Source: Nannocystis bainbridge
Lineage (GTDB): Bacteria; Myxococcota_A; Polyangia; Nannocystales; Nannocystaceae
Length of the DNA: 64,000 nt
Reading direction: 5' to 3'
NCBI RefSeq assembly: GCF_028368995.1
Contig: NZ_JAQNDL010000004.1
Span: forward strand, 544,001 to 608,000
Shown: one piece after another, positions 38,386 to 48,089 of the stretch
Position numbering within the stretch: position 1 is the stretch's first letter
Layout of the letters: every line of letters begins with the position of its first letter
Notes under the pieces: model-generated
Databases searched by the model: none
The model's input: the letters and a program-made list of their open reading frames with translations, nothing else
What the model was told of the DNA's origin: nothing
Made by a program: the position numbers and the translations under genes

Positions 38386-40192
38386 GCCAGGCGGCGACGT
38401 CGGCGCGCAGCTCGACCGGGCGGTCGTAGGTGACGGCGTGGGAGGCGTCGTAGGGGGCGAGGCGGATGGTGCGCAGGCCGGGGTCGGGCTCGCCGGGGAA
38501 GGCGTCCTGGCGGAACTGGACGTGCAGCTCGCCGGGGCGCTCGCTGCCGCGGGGCAGGTCGTCGACGCGCTCGACTTCGACGACGAGGGACTTGAAGACC
38601 TCGAGGGTGGGGGCGATCGAGGGGCCCCACACGGCGAGGTCGCGGGCGGCGTCGGTGATGAAGACGCGGGCGTAAGCGAGGTCGTGGAGGAACAGGGCGC
38701 CGTAGTGCGGGTCCATCGAGTGGACGCCGGCCATGATCGCGGCCGGGCCGCGAAAGCCGTCGAGCGCCTCGACCGAGAACGGCAGGTAGTAGCGGTCCCA
38801 GGCCGGGAGGGCGCCGAGGTGGTCGGCGAGATCGGGGGCGTCGGCGGGGTAGTCGCCGGGGTTGCGCACGCGGAAGGCGTTGGGGCGATCGGCAGCGGCG
38901 AGGCCGTCGATGGCCTCGGGCGCGACCTGCAAGACGGCGGCGAGGGTGTCGCGGCGCGACAGGCCGGCGCGGGTGCTGGCGAACAGGTCACCGAGCCAGG
39001 AGGTAGGGCCGGCGATGTCGTAGCGGCTGCGGCCGGCGCCCTCGACGAAGTTGATGACGTTGGACCACGGGTCGCACGGGACCGGCTTGGCGGCGCAGGC
39101 GACGAACTCGAGGCCGAGGCTGTCCGCGAGGACATGTACCGGGGAACCTGGCGCTTCGAGCAGGTCGCCGGCGCGGGCCTGCTGGACCGAGCCGGCCAGG
39201 CTGGGCTGGACGAGCACGAGGTTGCCGAGAGCGGCGCCGACGAGGTCGGGGCCCGGCGGGTCGGCGTCGGGGAAGCGGGCGGCGAGGTGCCCGGCGATCG
39301 CGGCGGCGAGGGCAGGGTCGCGGTAGCGGCCAGGGCCGGCCTCGTAGCGGGCCGGGAACAGCAGCATGTGGAGGAGGATCGAGGCGCGGATGCCCCCGTA
39401 GCTCTCGCCGACGAGGACGAGGCGGCGACCGGCGAGCTCGGGGTGGTGGTCCCAGAAGCGCAGGAGGGCGCGGGCGAAGTCGGCGGCGTCGAGGTAGCTG
39501 TTGAAGTTGCGGCTGTTGAGCTCGGCCGAGCGCGCTGACATCGGCGAAGGGTCGGCGATCGATTGCTGCGAGAAGCCGGTGTTGCGGGCGTCGAGGTAGA
39601 GGAGGTGGCCGAGGGCGGTCCAGGGCGCGGGGCTGGGCACGGGCTCGAGGTCGGCGCCGAAGGTCTGCGGGGCGGTGTTGCCGGCGAGGATGAGGCCCGT
39701 GGACACGCCGGGGCCGCCGTTGAAGAGGAGCAGGAGCGGGGCGTCGCCAGGATCGTGGTCGGCGGGCTGAAAGCTGTAGAAGAGCCGCGCCGGCGAACTG
39801 GTCATGGCGATGACGGTGTCGCCCTCGCCGATCTGGTAGTCGACGCCCTCGACGTCGAGATAACCTGCCTCGGGGGACAGGTCGGGACAGTGACAGAGGA
39901 AGACGTCGTCCTCGCAGGTGCAGGTGGCGCACGGCGGAGGGGCATCGCAGCCGGTCGGGATGCTGGTGGTGGGAGCGGCGGTGGTCGAGGTCGAGGTGGT
40001 GCTCGTCGAGGTCGAGGTCGTCGTCGTCGGCGAGGTCGAGATCGAGGTCGAGGTCGAGGTCGTGGGCGGATCGAGCGAGGTGGTGGAGGTGGTGGTCGCG
40101 GCGCTCGAGGTGCTGTCGCTGTCGCCGGCCGGCGGCTCGGGACAGGCCTCCAGGAGCAGCGGCAGGGCAGCCAGGCGCAGGCGCGGCGACAT
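38369..40192 (-). CDS. S10-family serine carboxypeptidase lipoprotein with Thr stalk
   Basis: LLEAC lipobox; FNGGPG, TGFS, GESYGG nucleophile motif, C-terminal ASH. Confidence 0.85.
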   Translation of the reverse strand: MSPRLRLAALPLLLEACPEPPAGDSDSTSSAATTTSTTSLDPPTTSTSTSISTSPTTTTSTSTSTTSTSTTAAPTTSIPTGCDAPPPCATCTCEDDVFLCHCPDLSPEAGYLDVEGVDYQIGEGDTVIAMTSSPARLFYSFQPADHDPGDAPLLLLFNGGPGVSTGLILAGNTAPQTFGADLEPVPSPAPWTALGHLLYLDARNTGFSQQSIADPSPMSARSAELNSRNFNSYLDAADFARALLRFWDHHPELAGRRLVLVGESYGGIRASILLHMLLFPARYEAGPGRYRDPALAAAIAGHLAARFPDADPPGPDLVGAALGNLVLVQPSLAGSVQQARAGDLLEAPGSPVHVLADSLGLEFVACAAKPVPCDPWSNVINFVEGAGRSRYDIAGPTSWLGDLFASTRAGLSRRDTLAAVLQVAPEAIDGLAAADRPNAFRVRNPGDYPADAPDLADHLGALPAWDRYYLPFSVEALDGFRGPAAIMAGVHSMDPHYGALFLHDLAYARVFITDAARDLAVWGPSIAPTLEVFKSLVVEVERVDDLPRGSERPGELHVQFRQDAFPGEPDPGLRTIRLAPYDASHAVTYDRPVELRADVAAWLSEVP

Positions 40193-40273
40193 GGGCCGAG
40201 GGTAACGCGGCGAGCCGCGCAAGTGCGCGCCCAGCCGCGCCGCTGACGGCGAAGGATGATACGGTCGTCGGCG

Positions 40274-41212
40274 ATGACGGGTGCGGACCTCGATCGGGTG
40301 GTGCTGGCGTTCGAACCCGGCAGTCTGGCGGTCCTCAACGTGGTGCTGGCGCTGGTGATGGTCGGGGTGGCGCTCGACCTGCGACCGGCCGACTTCGCAT
40401 CGGTGCTCCGTCACCCGCGCGCGGCGGTGGTCGGGCTCCTGGGACAGGTGGTGGTGCTGCCGGCGTTGACGTTCGCGCTGGTGTCGGTGCTCGACCTGCC
40501 GGCGAGCGTGGCGCTGGGGATGATCCTGGTGGCGGCGTGCCCCGGCGGCAACATGTCGAACTTCATCACCCACCTGGCCCGCGGCAACACGGAGCTGTCG
40601 GTGACGATGACGGCGATCGGGACGGTGCTGGCGGTGGTGACGACGCCGCTCAACCTGGCCTTTTGGTCATCCATGTCGGCGGACACGGCGGCGCTGGTCC
40701 GCGCGGTCGAGCTGTCGTCCCGCGAGCTGGTGACGACGGTGCTGGCGGTGCTGGGGGCCCCGCTGGCGCTGGGGATGCTGATCGCGGCGCGGCGGCCCCG
40801 GCTGGCGAGCCGGCTGCGCGCGCCGTTCAAGCTGCTGTCGCTCGGCTGCCTGGCGCTGTTCATCGTGATCGGGCTGAGCCGCAACGCGGCGACCCTGGCC
40901 GACCACTGGGCGCTGCTGTGCGGAGTGGTGGCGCTGCACAACGCGGCGGCGCTGCTGTCGGGCTGGCTGGTCGCAAGGACAGCCGGGCTGCCGGGCCGCG
41001 ACCGCCGGGCGATCGCGATCGAGGTGGGGATCCAAAACGCCGGGCTGGCGATGGTGCTGGCGTTCGATTTCTTCCCGGGGCTCGGCGGGACGGCGATGAT
41101 CGCGGCCTGGTGGGGCGTGTGGCACCTGATCGCGGGGCTGTCGCTGGCGTTCGTGTGGCGCCGCCGGGCGCTGCGCGAAGAGGACGCTCAGGCCCAGGCG
41201 ACGACGACCTGA
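40274..41212 (+). CDS. Bile acid:sodium symporter family transporter
   Basis: LVAACPGGNMSN, ARGNTELSV, EVGIQNAGL. Confidence 0.92.
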   Translation: MTGADLDRVVLAFEPGSLAVLNVVLALVMVGVALDLRPADFASVLRHPRAAVVGLLGQVVVLPALTFALVSVLDLPASVALGMILVAACPGGNMSNFITHLARGNTELSVTMTAIGTVLAVVTTPLNLAFWSSMSADTAALVRAVELSSRELVTTVLAVLGAPLALGMLIAARRPRLASRLRAPFKLLSLGCLALFIVIGLSRNAATLADHWALLCGVVALHNAAALLSGWLVARTAGLPGRDRRAIAIEVGIQNAGLAMVLAFDFFPGLGGTAMIAAWWGVWHLIAGLSLAFVWRRRALREEDAQAQATTT

Positions 41213-42231
41213 CGCGGGCCGCGGTACGGCAGGCGGCCGTGCGAGACGGAGAAGTTGTCGATGGCGACGACGTCGCCGGCGCGCCACGGGAACACGACCA
41301 TGTGGCGCCAGATGACGTCGCGCAGGTGCTCGAGATCGGCGGGGTCGATCTCGCTGCCGTCGCGGTGGGTGCAGTGCATCGGTAAGGCGTCAGCGGCGGT
41401 GAACCTGCGCCGCGCGCCGATCATGGCCCGGGCGAACTGCGACAGGGCGAGGCTGCGCAGGTCGCCCTGGCGGGCGTGCACGCGGCGCAGCTCGGCGGCG
41501 GCGCTGGCGGCGTGGAACACCTGGACGTGGTTGAACCACACGGGCTCGCCGGACCCGGGGTGGAGCCGCAAGGCGTCGTGCTCGCTGACGAGACGCAGCC
41601 GCTGGCCCGGTAGCCAGGTGACCTGAAAGCCCTGCTCGGCGCACTTGGCCTCGACGACGGCGCGGTCGGTGGTCAGGAACATCTCGTCCCAGCGCTTGAG
41701 CTTCCACAGGTCGAAGCGACCGCCGCCGTCCGGGCCGTTGTAGTTGCGGATGATGCGGATGCCGCCGCGGACGAAGCGGTCGCGCACGCCAGGGTCGAGG
41801 TCGGCGGCGACCCTGCGAAAGTCGCACAGGGGCGTCTCGCCGCCGCCACCCTGCGGAGCCACGAGGCAGGCGAAGAACAGCCGGCGCGGCGGGTCGCGCA
41901 GGAACGACATCTCGCAGTGCTGCGGGATCGGGTAGTAGGGCGGCAGCTCGCTGGCCGAGAACACGTACTCGCTGAGGGCGTCGCGCGGCGAGGTGCCGAG
42001 GTACTCGTTCTTGAGCCCGGGATCGATGCCCCGCGCGACCTGTTCGAGGTCGACGGGGACGCGTACGCCGAAGCCGCGCAGAAGGACGGCGCCGTGGTGT
42101 CGCAGCTGGTCGGAGAGCCAGGTGCGCTCGGCGTCGAGCCAGGCGCGCAAGGCGTCGACGCGGGCGTCACCGTCGGGCTCGACCACCGGGACGGCGCCGC
42201 CGCCGGGACCGCGGATCTCGCTGAGTCGCAT
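41188..42231 (-). CDS. TauD/TfdA-family Fe(II)/2-oxoglutarate dioxygenase (SyrP-like)
   Basis: HGAVLLRGF, IPQHCEMSF, GETPLCD, WFNH, DNFSVSHGRLPY. Confidence 0.9.
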   Translation of the reverse strand: MRLSEIRGPGGGAVPVVEPDGDARVDALRAWLDAERTWLSDQLRHHGAVLLRGFGVRVPVDLEQVARGIDPGLKNEYLGTSPRDALSEYVFSASELPPYYPIPQHCEMSFLRDPPRRLFFACLVAPQGGGGETPLCDFRRVAADLDPGVRDRFVRGGIRIIRNYNGPDGGGRFDLWKLKRWDEMFLTTDRAVVEAKCAEQGFQVTWLPGQRLRLVSEHDALRLHPGSGEPVWFNHVQVFHAASAAAELRRVHARQGDLRSLALSQFARAMIGARRRFTAADALPMHCTHRDGSEIDPADLEHLRDVIWRHMVVFPWRAGDVVAIDNFSVSHGRLPYRGPRQVVVAWA

Positions 42232-42422
42232 GCGCCGAGGTTCGCACAGAACCGCCAGGTTTGGGCGGCGCGGGCGCTCGCGCGACGGGGCGCGGCCGCG
42301 CGAGGCGAGGATGGTCTTCGGGACAGGTGCGGCGCCGGGGGGCGGCGGTTGCGAGCCTCGGGGGCAAGGCGGGCGATGTCGAAAATGTCCTTGGGGACAT
42401 GTCTCGACGGACAGCGCGGGCC

Positions 42423-43304
42423 CTAGTCGGCGGTGAGGACCTCGTCGAGGCGCGTGGCGACCAGGACGCGGGCGGCCCAGGTGTCGAGCACGGCCTCGTC
42501 GCGGCAGTCGAGGACGCGCTGGCGCTGCGCCTCGGTCAGGGCGAAGCCCTTGAGCTGCAACAGCTTGAGCACGATCTCGGCCTTGCCGGCGACCCGGCCC
42601 TTGACCTCGCCCTCGGCGATGCCTTCGAGCCAGGGCTTGCGGAACATGTCGCTGATCGGTTCCCAGCGCTTCTTGGTGGCCATGAGCTGCTCCAGGGCGA
42701 GGCGGGCCGCGCGGCCGAGCAGGCCGACGACGAAGTCAGGGTAGTGGATCCCCCGTTCGTCGTCGAGCTCGCGGCTCGCGTCGAGCGCTGCCAGGGCGAT
42801 CTGCTCGACGCCGGGCTCGTCGGCGTGGGCGGCGACCGACAGCACCGCCAGCTCCGGCAGCTCCCGCGCCCGGTCGGCGTCGGTGATGATGGGGACCGCC
42901 TCCGGACCGAGGACCCACGGGCGCAGGACGTTGCGCTGGCGGCCGAGGTCGATCGGCTCGGCGCACCAGCGGGCCACGTCGCGGTCGAGCGAGACGACGA
43001 CGAGGGTCACGGGGCAGCTCAGGCGGGTGCGCAGGCCGGCGACGTAGAGCGGCCATGTCCAGCGCTTGCGCGGGTCTCGCTCGACCTGGACCTCGACGAC
43101 CAGCGCCTCGTCGGGCTGCTCGGGCGCGCCGCCGAGGCCGAGGACGGCGTCAGCGCGGTGCTCGGCGAAGTGGAGGTCGACGAATTCGGCGGCGCTGATC
43201 CGGACCGGACCCGAGGCGGGCGCTCCGGGCCACAGCAGGTCGGGGATCAGCGCCGGGGCGTGGCGGACGAGCTGGACCAGCGCCTCATGGGACAGCTTGG
43301 GCAT
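42423..43304 (-). CDS. Rpn/PD-(D/E)XK nuclease-like protein (myxobacterial multicopy family)
   Basis: SHEALV, RADAVL, VVEVQ, WPLY; C-terminal EGIAEGEVKGRVAGKAE and LDTWAARVL tail. Confidence 0.75.
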   Translation of the reverse strand: MPKLSHEALVQLVRHAPALIPDLLWPGAPASGPVRISAAEFVDLHFAEHRADAVLGLGGAPEQPDEALVVEVQVERDPRKRWTWPLYVAGLRTRLSCPVTLVVVSLDRDVARWCAEPIDLGRQRNVLRPWVLGPEAVPIITDADRARELPELAVLSVAAHADEPGVEQIALAALDASRELDDERGIHYPDFVVGLLGRAARLALEQLMATKKRWEPISDMFRKPWLEGIAEGEVKGRVAGKAEIVLKLLQLKGFALTEAQRQRVLDCRDEAVLDTWAARVLVATRLDEVLTAD

Positions 43305-43385
43305 CGCCGGCGCGGGCTAGCACGCGCGCACGCGGGAGCCAGAGTTGGCCGCGGGCGCGCCGCTGTGCGCGGCCGCAGGGGCATG

Positions 43386-44717
43386 TCAGCGGGCGGGACG
43401 CTCGCGCCGGCCCGAGGACAGGGCCCAGCGGATCAGGAACTGGATCTTGCCGTCGCGCTGGAAGCCGCGGAAGAACTCGACGAGGTCGTCGTAGATCTTC
43501 GGGTCGCGGACGAGGCGGCCCATCGTGCCCTCGCCGCGCTCGACACCCGCGACGATCTTGTTCACGTTGCCGAGCGTGTCCTGCACGCTCTTCAGCATCT
43601 TGCCCTGCGAGTCGTAGAGCAGGCGGGTCGAGACGTTGACGTTGTAGGGGTCGTGCAGGGCGGTCGAGACCGCGGCCATCTTCTTGCGGCCGTCGTCGAC
43701 CAGCGGCTGCATGCTGTCGTCGAATTTGGACAGCGCCTTTTGACCCTTGGCGAGGAAGTGGTCGAGGTCGGCGGCGCCGTCCTGGACGCCGCGCAGCGAG
43801 CTGCCGAAGCCGCGCAGCAGGTCCTCGTCGTTGAGCATCGCGCCGACCGTGCCCTTGCCGGCGGCGGTGTTGCGCAGGTTCTCGTTGCCGGCGGCGAGCC
43901 GTTTCTGGATGTTGCGCACGGTCTCGCCGTCGCCCATCGCCGCCGCCAGCTCGGCGATGCCGCCGATGGCCTCCTCGACCTTGACGAAGCTGCCGTCGAC
44001 CTTCTCTTTGACGGCGTCGATCGTCTCGGTCATCGACGGGGTGGTCTGGATCCGCCCGCCGGGCTGGATCGGCTCGCCGCGCCCGACCGAGATCTGGATG
44101 ATCTGATCGCCGAGCACCCCGTTCTGCGAGATGACGGCGCGGCTGTCGTCTCGGATGTGAAGCATGCTGTCCTGAAAGACAGACATGGTGACGCGGATCC
44201 GGCTGTGATCGGTGGTGAAGCCGTCGCAGATGCCGGTGCTGCCGGTCCACAGCACGCCGCGGTAGCGCCGGCGCATCTCCTGAGTGACGCACACCTCGCC
44301 CTGGCGGCACTGCGAGTCCTCCTCGCACGGGGCGTGGAGCTCCTTGTTGAAGGAGTAGGACTCGAGCTCGGCGCAGTGACCCTCGGGCGCGCAGAACATG
44401 GTGCGGTCGCAGTCGTCGGTGCGGCCCTGGCCGAAGCGGCCGCGATCCTCGTTCTGGGGGTCGCACGGGTAGTCGACCCACACGAACTCGCGGAGGGTGA
44501 CGGTGCCGATCTCGATGCCCTCGATCTGGACCTTGCTGCCCTCGCGCAAGCCCGAGACCTGGCGGAAGTCGGTCGTGATCGAGACCCGCTCCTTCCACAG
44601 GTTCTGGCCCTGGGTGAACACCAACAGGCCGACGAGCGCGGCCATGCCGGAGAGGATGACGACGAGCCCGACGATCTGGTTGAGGCTCTGCTCGCTCCGG
44701 CCGGCCATTGTGCGCAT
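43386..44717 (-). CDS. MlaD/MCE family protein with a Cys-rich insertion
   Basis: N-terminal TM helix, FRQVSGLREGSKVQIEGIEIGTV, GVLGDQIIQISVG, GEGTMGRLVRDPKIYDDL. Confidence 0.88.
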   Translation of the reverse strand: MRTMAGRSEQSLNQIVGLVVILSGMAALVGLLVFTQGQNLWKERVSITTDFRQVSGLREGSKVQIEGIEIGTVTLREFVWVDYPCDPQNEDRGRFGQGRTDDCDRTMFCAPEGHCAELESYSFNKELHAPCEEDSQCRQGEVCVTQEMRRRYRGVLWTGSTGICDGFTTDHSRIRVTMSVFQDSMLHIRDDSRAVISQNGVLGDQIIQISVGRGEPIQPGGRIQTTPSMTETIDAVKEKVDGSFVKVEEAIGGIAELAAAMGDGETVRNIQKRLAAGNENLRNTAAGKGTVGAMLNDEDLLRGFGSSLRGVQDGAADLDHFLAKGQKALSKFDDSMQPLVDDGRKKMAAVSTALHDPYNVNVSTRLLYDSQGKMLKSVQDTLGNVNKIVAGVERGEGTMGRLVRDPKIYDDLVEFFRGFQRDGKIQFLIRWALSSGRRERPAR

Positions 44718-45172
44718 CGTAGCGGATCCAGCCGCGGGTGAGGAGGCCGCCGCGCGGGTCCGCCCGCGGGGTTCGCACAGGACGACCACATTCGCGCCGG
44801 GCGGGGCCTTCGGGCCACCACCGACCGGACGTTGCGTCCGGTCCCACGAGCAGGTGGTGAGGCATCGGGGAGGCGATGCGGCAGCGAGCTCGACGAGCGT
44901 CGAATGCCGCTTCGCAGCCTCCGGTGGCCCGGATCGTGGGGCGGCGGTTCGAGGCCGTGAATCAGGCCCCAGGCCGCGTCACGCGAGGAATTCACCTGGG
45001 GAGGCGAGCTACGGACCCGCGAGCGCCGGGCTGGACGGTGCGGTCCGGCCGGGTCAGCGCGGCCTGCGTCGTCGCCTGACGGAGCCGGTGCGGTGGCCGG
45101 GGAGTCGCTCGCGGCGGGCCGGATCGAGGGCTACTCGACAGCGGGGGCGCGATGTGGAATGTCCACGGCGCC

Positions 45173-46405
45173 ATGTCCGCTTCGTCTCCCGCCGCTCCGT
45201 TCGACGCGCAGGCGTTCGATGCTCACGTGATGTCGACGTACGCCCGCTACCCGATCGCGCTCGAGCGCGGCGAGGGGTGCAGGGTGTGGGACACGGAGGG
45301 GCGGGCTTACCTCGACTTCGCGGCCGGGATCGCGACCTGTACTTTGGGACATGCCCACAAGAACCTGGTCGAGGCGGTGACGCGGCAGATCGGCAAGCTG
45401 CACCACGTCTCGAACCTGTTCTACATCCCCGAGCAAGGCGCCCTGGCGGCGCTGCTGGCGGCGCTGGGGGCGGGGGAGCGGGCGTTCTTCTGCAACTCGG
45501 GGGCGGAGGCCAACGAGGCGGCGATCAAGCTGGCGCGCAAGTATGGGCGCACGCGCCTCGGCATCGAGAAGCCGGTGGTGATCGCGGCGCAGGCGAGCTT
45601 CCACGGGCGCACGCTGGCGACGCTGACGGCGACCGGGCAGGCCAAGTACCAGCAGAACTTCGACCCGCTGGTGCCGGGCTTCGTGCACGTGCCGTTCAAC
45701 GACGCCACCGCGCTCGGCGAGGCGATCGTCGAGCTCGACCGCGAGCGCAAGCAGGTGGCCGCGGTGCTGATGGAGCCGCTGCAGGGCGAGGGCGGGATCC
45801 GGCCCGGCGATCCGGCGGTGTTCCGCAAGATCCGCGAGCTGTGCGACGCCCGCGGGATCCTGCTCATGTTCGACGAGGTCCAGGTCGGCGTCGGCCGCAG
45901 CGGCAAGTGGTGGGGCCACCAGCACCTCGACGTCGAGCCCGACGTCATGACGCTGGCCAAGGGCCTGGCCGGCGGGGTGCCGATCGGCGCGATGCTCTGC
46001 AAATCGAGCTGCGACGTGTTCCAGCCCGGCGACCACGCGAGCACGTTCGGCGGCAACCCGCTGGCGTGCGCGGCGGCGCTGGCGGTGCTGATGACGATCG
46101 AGAAGGACCGGCTGGTCGACAACGCGCGGCAGCGCGGCGACCAGCTGCGCGCGGGGCTGCAGGCGCTGGCGAAGTCGTCGCCGGGCAAGATCGCCGAGGT
46201 GCGCGGCTGGGGCCTGCTGCTCGGCGCGGAGCTGGGTCCGTCCGAGACGCGCACGGCTCCCGAGATCGCCCGCGCGGCGCTCGACGCCGGGCTCCTGCTG
46301 GTCCCCGCGGGGCCGCGGGTGATCCGCTTCGTGCCGCCGCTGATCGTGTCGTCGGCCGAGATCGACGAGGCGCTGGCGGTGTTCGCCAGGGTGCTGGCGG
46401 GGTGA
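45173..46405 (+). CDS. argD: Acetylornithine aminotransferase
   Basis: FFCNSGAEANEAAIKLARK, SFHGRT, FDEVQVGVGRSG, TLAKGLAGG, HASTFGGNP. Confidence 0.94.
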   Translation: MSASSPAAPFDAQAFDAHVMSTYARYPIALERGEGCRVWDTEGRAYLDFAAGIATCTLGHAHKNLVEAVTRQIGKLHHVSNLFYIPEQGALAALLAALGAGERAFFCNSGAEANEAAIKLARKYGRTRLGIEKPVVIAAQASFHGRTLATLTATGQAKYQQNFDPLVPGFVHVPFNDATALGEAIVELDRERKQVAAVLMEPLQGEGGIRPGDPAVFRKIRELCDARGILLMFDEVQVGVGRSGKWWGHQHLDVEPDVMTLAKGLAGGVPIGAMLCKSSCDVFQPGDHASTFGGNPLACAAALAVLMTIEKDRLVDNARQRGDQLRAGLQALAKSSPGKIAEVRGWGLLLGAELGPSETRTAPEIARAALDAGLLLVPAGPRVIRFVPPLIVSSAEIDEALAVFARVLAG

Positions 46406-46515
46406 GCCTCGTTGACCTGTCTTTTCAGGCAGGTAGGATCTTCTCTCCCGCTGGCTGCGGTGCCGAAACCGCGCCGTGAGGCCGACGGGCGGCGTGCTAT
46501 CGTCGAGCTCGGCTC

Positions 46516-47841
46516 ATGACTGCGACCCTCGAATCGATCCGTGAACAGCTGGCTGCCGGCGACGCCTCCGGCGCGTGGCGGGCCCTCACGCAGGTGTTCG
46601 GTTACCCCGCGGGCGGGTCGCTCGACGAGGAGGGGTTCGCCGCGGCGCTGACGCTGACGGTCTCGATCACGCACGAGCTGGCCGGCGAGGAGGGCGTGGC
46701 CAAGATGGTGCCGGCGGCCCTCACCCCCGACGATCCGCGGGCGCTGTTTTTGGCCGGCTGGTGGCTGGCCGAGGAGCGGCAGTTTGCGATCGCGGCCAGC
46801 GTGCTCGAGCGGGCCAATCAGCTGGCGCCGGGGCAGGCCGAGATCGCCGGCGAGCTGGCCAACGCGCTCGAGCACTTGCTTCACTACGGGCCGGCGGCGC
46901 TGGTGCTCGAGGCGTCGGGGCGTGCCGACGACGATCCGCTGCTGGCGTACCTGTCGGGCTTTTACTGGCTGATGTGCGGCGACCTCGAGCGGCCGCGAGC
47001 GCGGCTGCAGCTGCTCGCCGACGTGACCGAGACCAACCTCGTGTTCATGCGCGAGGCGCTGGCAGGGATGCTGGCGCGGGCCGAAGCGCTGACGGCCGCG
47101 GGCGTGGGGCTGGAGGGCGACGCGCTGACGGCCTGGCACGCGGTGCTCAACGGTTCGCTGCTGCTCCACGAGTCGCCGCACGGCTACCCGGATCCGATGC
47201 ACGGGCGGTTCGCGTTCCTCAACGACTCGGCGACGCTGCAGCGGCTGGGGCTCGCCCGGCTGGAGCGGCTGCTGGACGCGGTCGGGCAGCGGCCGGAGCG
47301 GATCCTCGCCGCCCCCGATCGCGCCAGCCAGATCCTCGCGCACGCGGCCGCGCTGGTGCTGGAGCGGCCGCTCGAGCCGTGGACGGCCGACGCCGGGCGC
47401 CCGGGGCTGGTGGTCGCGTGGAGCCTCGATCATGTCGGCGACGTCGCGTTCCTCCGCGGCATGCGGGACCACGCGCCGGGGCGGCCGCTGTTCGTGCACG
47501 TCACCGACTGGATCGAGCCGTTCGCCTACGCGCCCGACGTGGCGACGCTGCTGGCGCAGACGGTGTTGCATCCGTTCACCGGCGGCGCGCTGACGTACGA
47601 CGCGGCGACGCAGCAGCCCGGCAGGGCCGAGCCGGACCCGCGCGAGGACGCCGAGCTGGGCGCGCTGGTGGCGGCGACGCCGGTCGCCGACGACAGCGCG
47701 GCGCCGCTCGAGCGCGTGATCGAGATCGACCGCGCGCTGGCGGGGCTGGCCGCCGATCGGCGGCCGGGGCTGCACCGCGCGGGCGGTCCGCGGCTGATCC
47801 ACCGGGCCGGCAGCCCGGTGCCGAGCAACTTCTTCCGGTGA
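46516..47841 (+). CDS. Hypothetical protein (TPR-like N-terminal half)
   Basis: Long GC3-biased ORF; LERANQLAPGQAEIAGELA helix pattern. Confidence 0.75.
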   Translation: MTATLESIREQLAAGDASGAWRALTQVFGYPAGGSLDEEGFAAALTLTVSITHELAGEEGVAKMVPAALTPDDPRALFLAGWWLAEERQFAIAASVLERANQLAPGQAEIAGELANALEHLLHYGPAALVLEASGRADDDPLLAYLSGFYWLMCGDLERPRARLQLLADVTETNLVFMREALAGMLARAEALTAAGVGLEGDALTAWHAVLNGSLLLHESPHGYPDPMHGRFAFLNDSATLQRLGLARLERLLDAVGQRPERILAAPDRASQILAHAAALVLERPLEPWTADAGRPGLVVAWSLDHVGDVAFLRGMRDHAPGRPLFVHVTDWIEPFAYAPDVATLLAQTVLHPFTGGALTYDAATQQPGRAEPDPREDAELGALVAATPVADDSAAPLERVIEIDRALAGLAADRRPGLHRAGGPRLIHRAGSPVPSNFFR

Positions 47842-47843
47842 GG

Positions 47844-47927
47844 TTGTCTTTCGGACATGTCCATCGGGGCATGTCTGAAAGAGCCTGAACGTTCGGGCAT
47901 GTGAAAGAGGACATGTCCGAACGGGCA
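47844..47927. repeat. Six 14-bp units between convergent genes
   Basis: Units at 47844, 47858, 47872, 47886, 47900 and 47914. Confidence 0.9.
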
Positions 47928-48089
47928 TGTGATGCGCGCACGCGCACGCGCGGGCGCTTGCGGGAGGCCGGGCTCAGCGGAGCGCGGCGGGCGTGGCAGC
48001 GCCGGCGGTCGCCGGTGTGTGCAATGGGCGGGCTCCGTGGGGCGGTTCGCGGCGAGCGGGGCAGCGCTGGCGGTTGCGGGCGGCCGGGC

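Noticed and set aside
42423-43304. IS element / transposase
   Set aside because: No terminal inverted repeats, target duplication or DDE/HUH motif were seen; the protein is Rpn-like.
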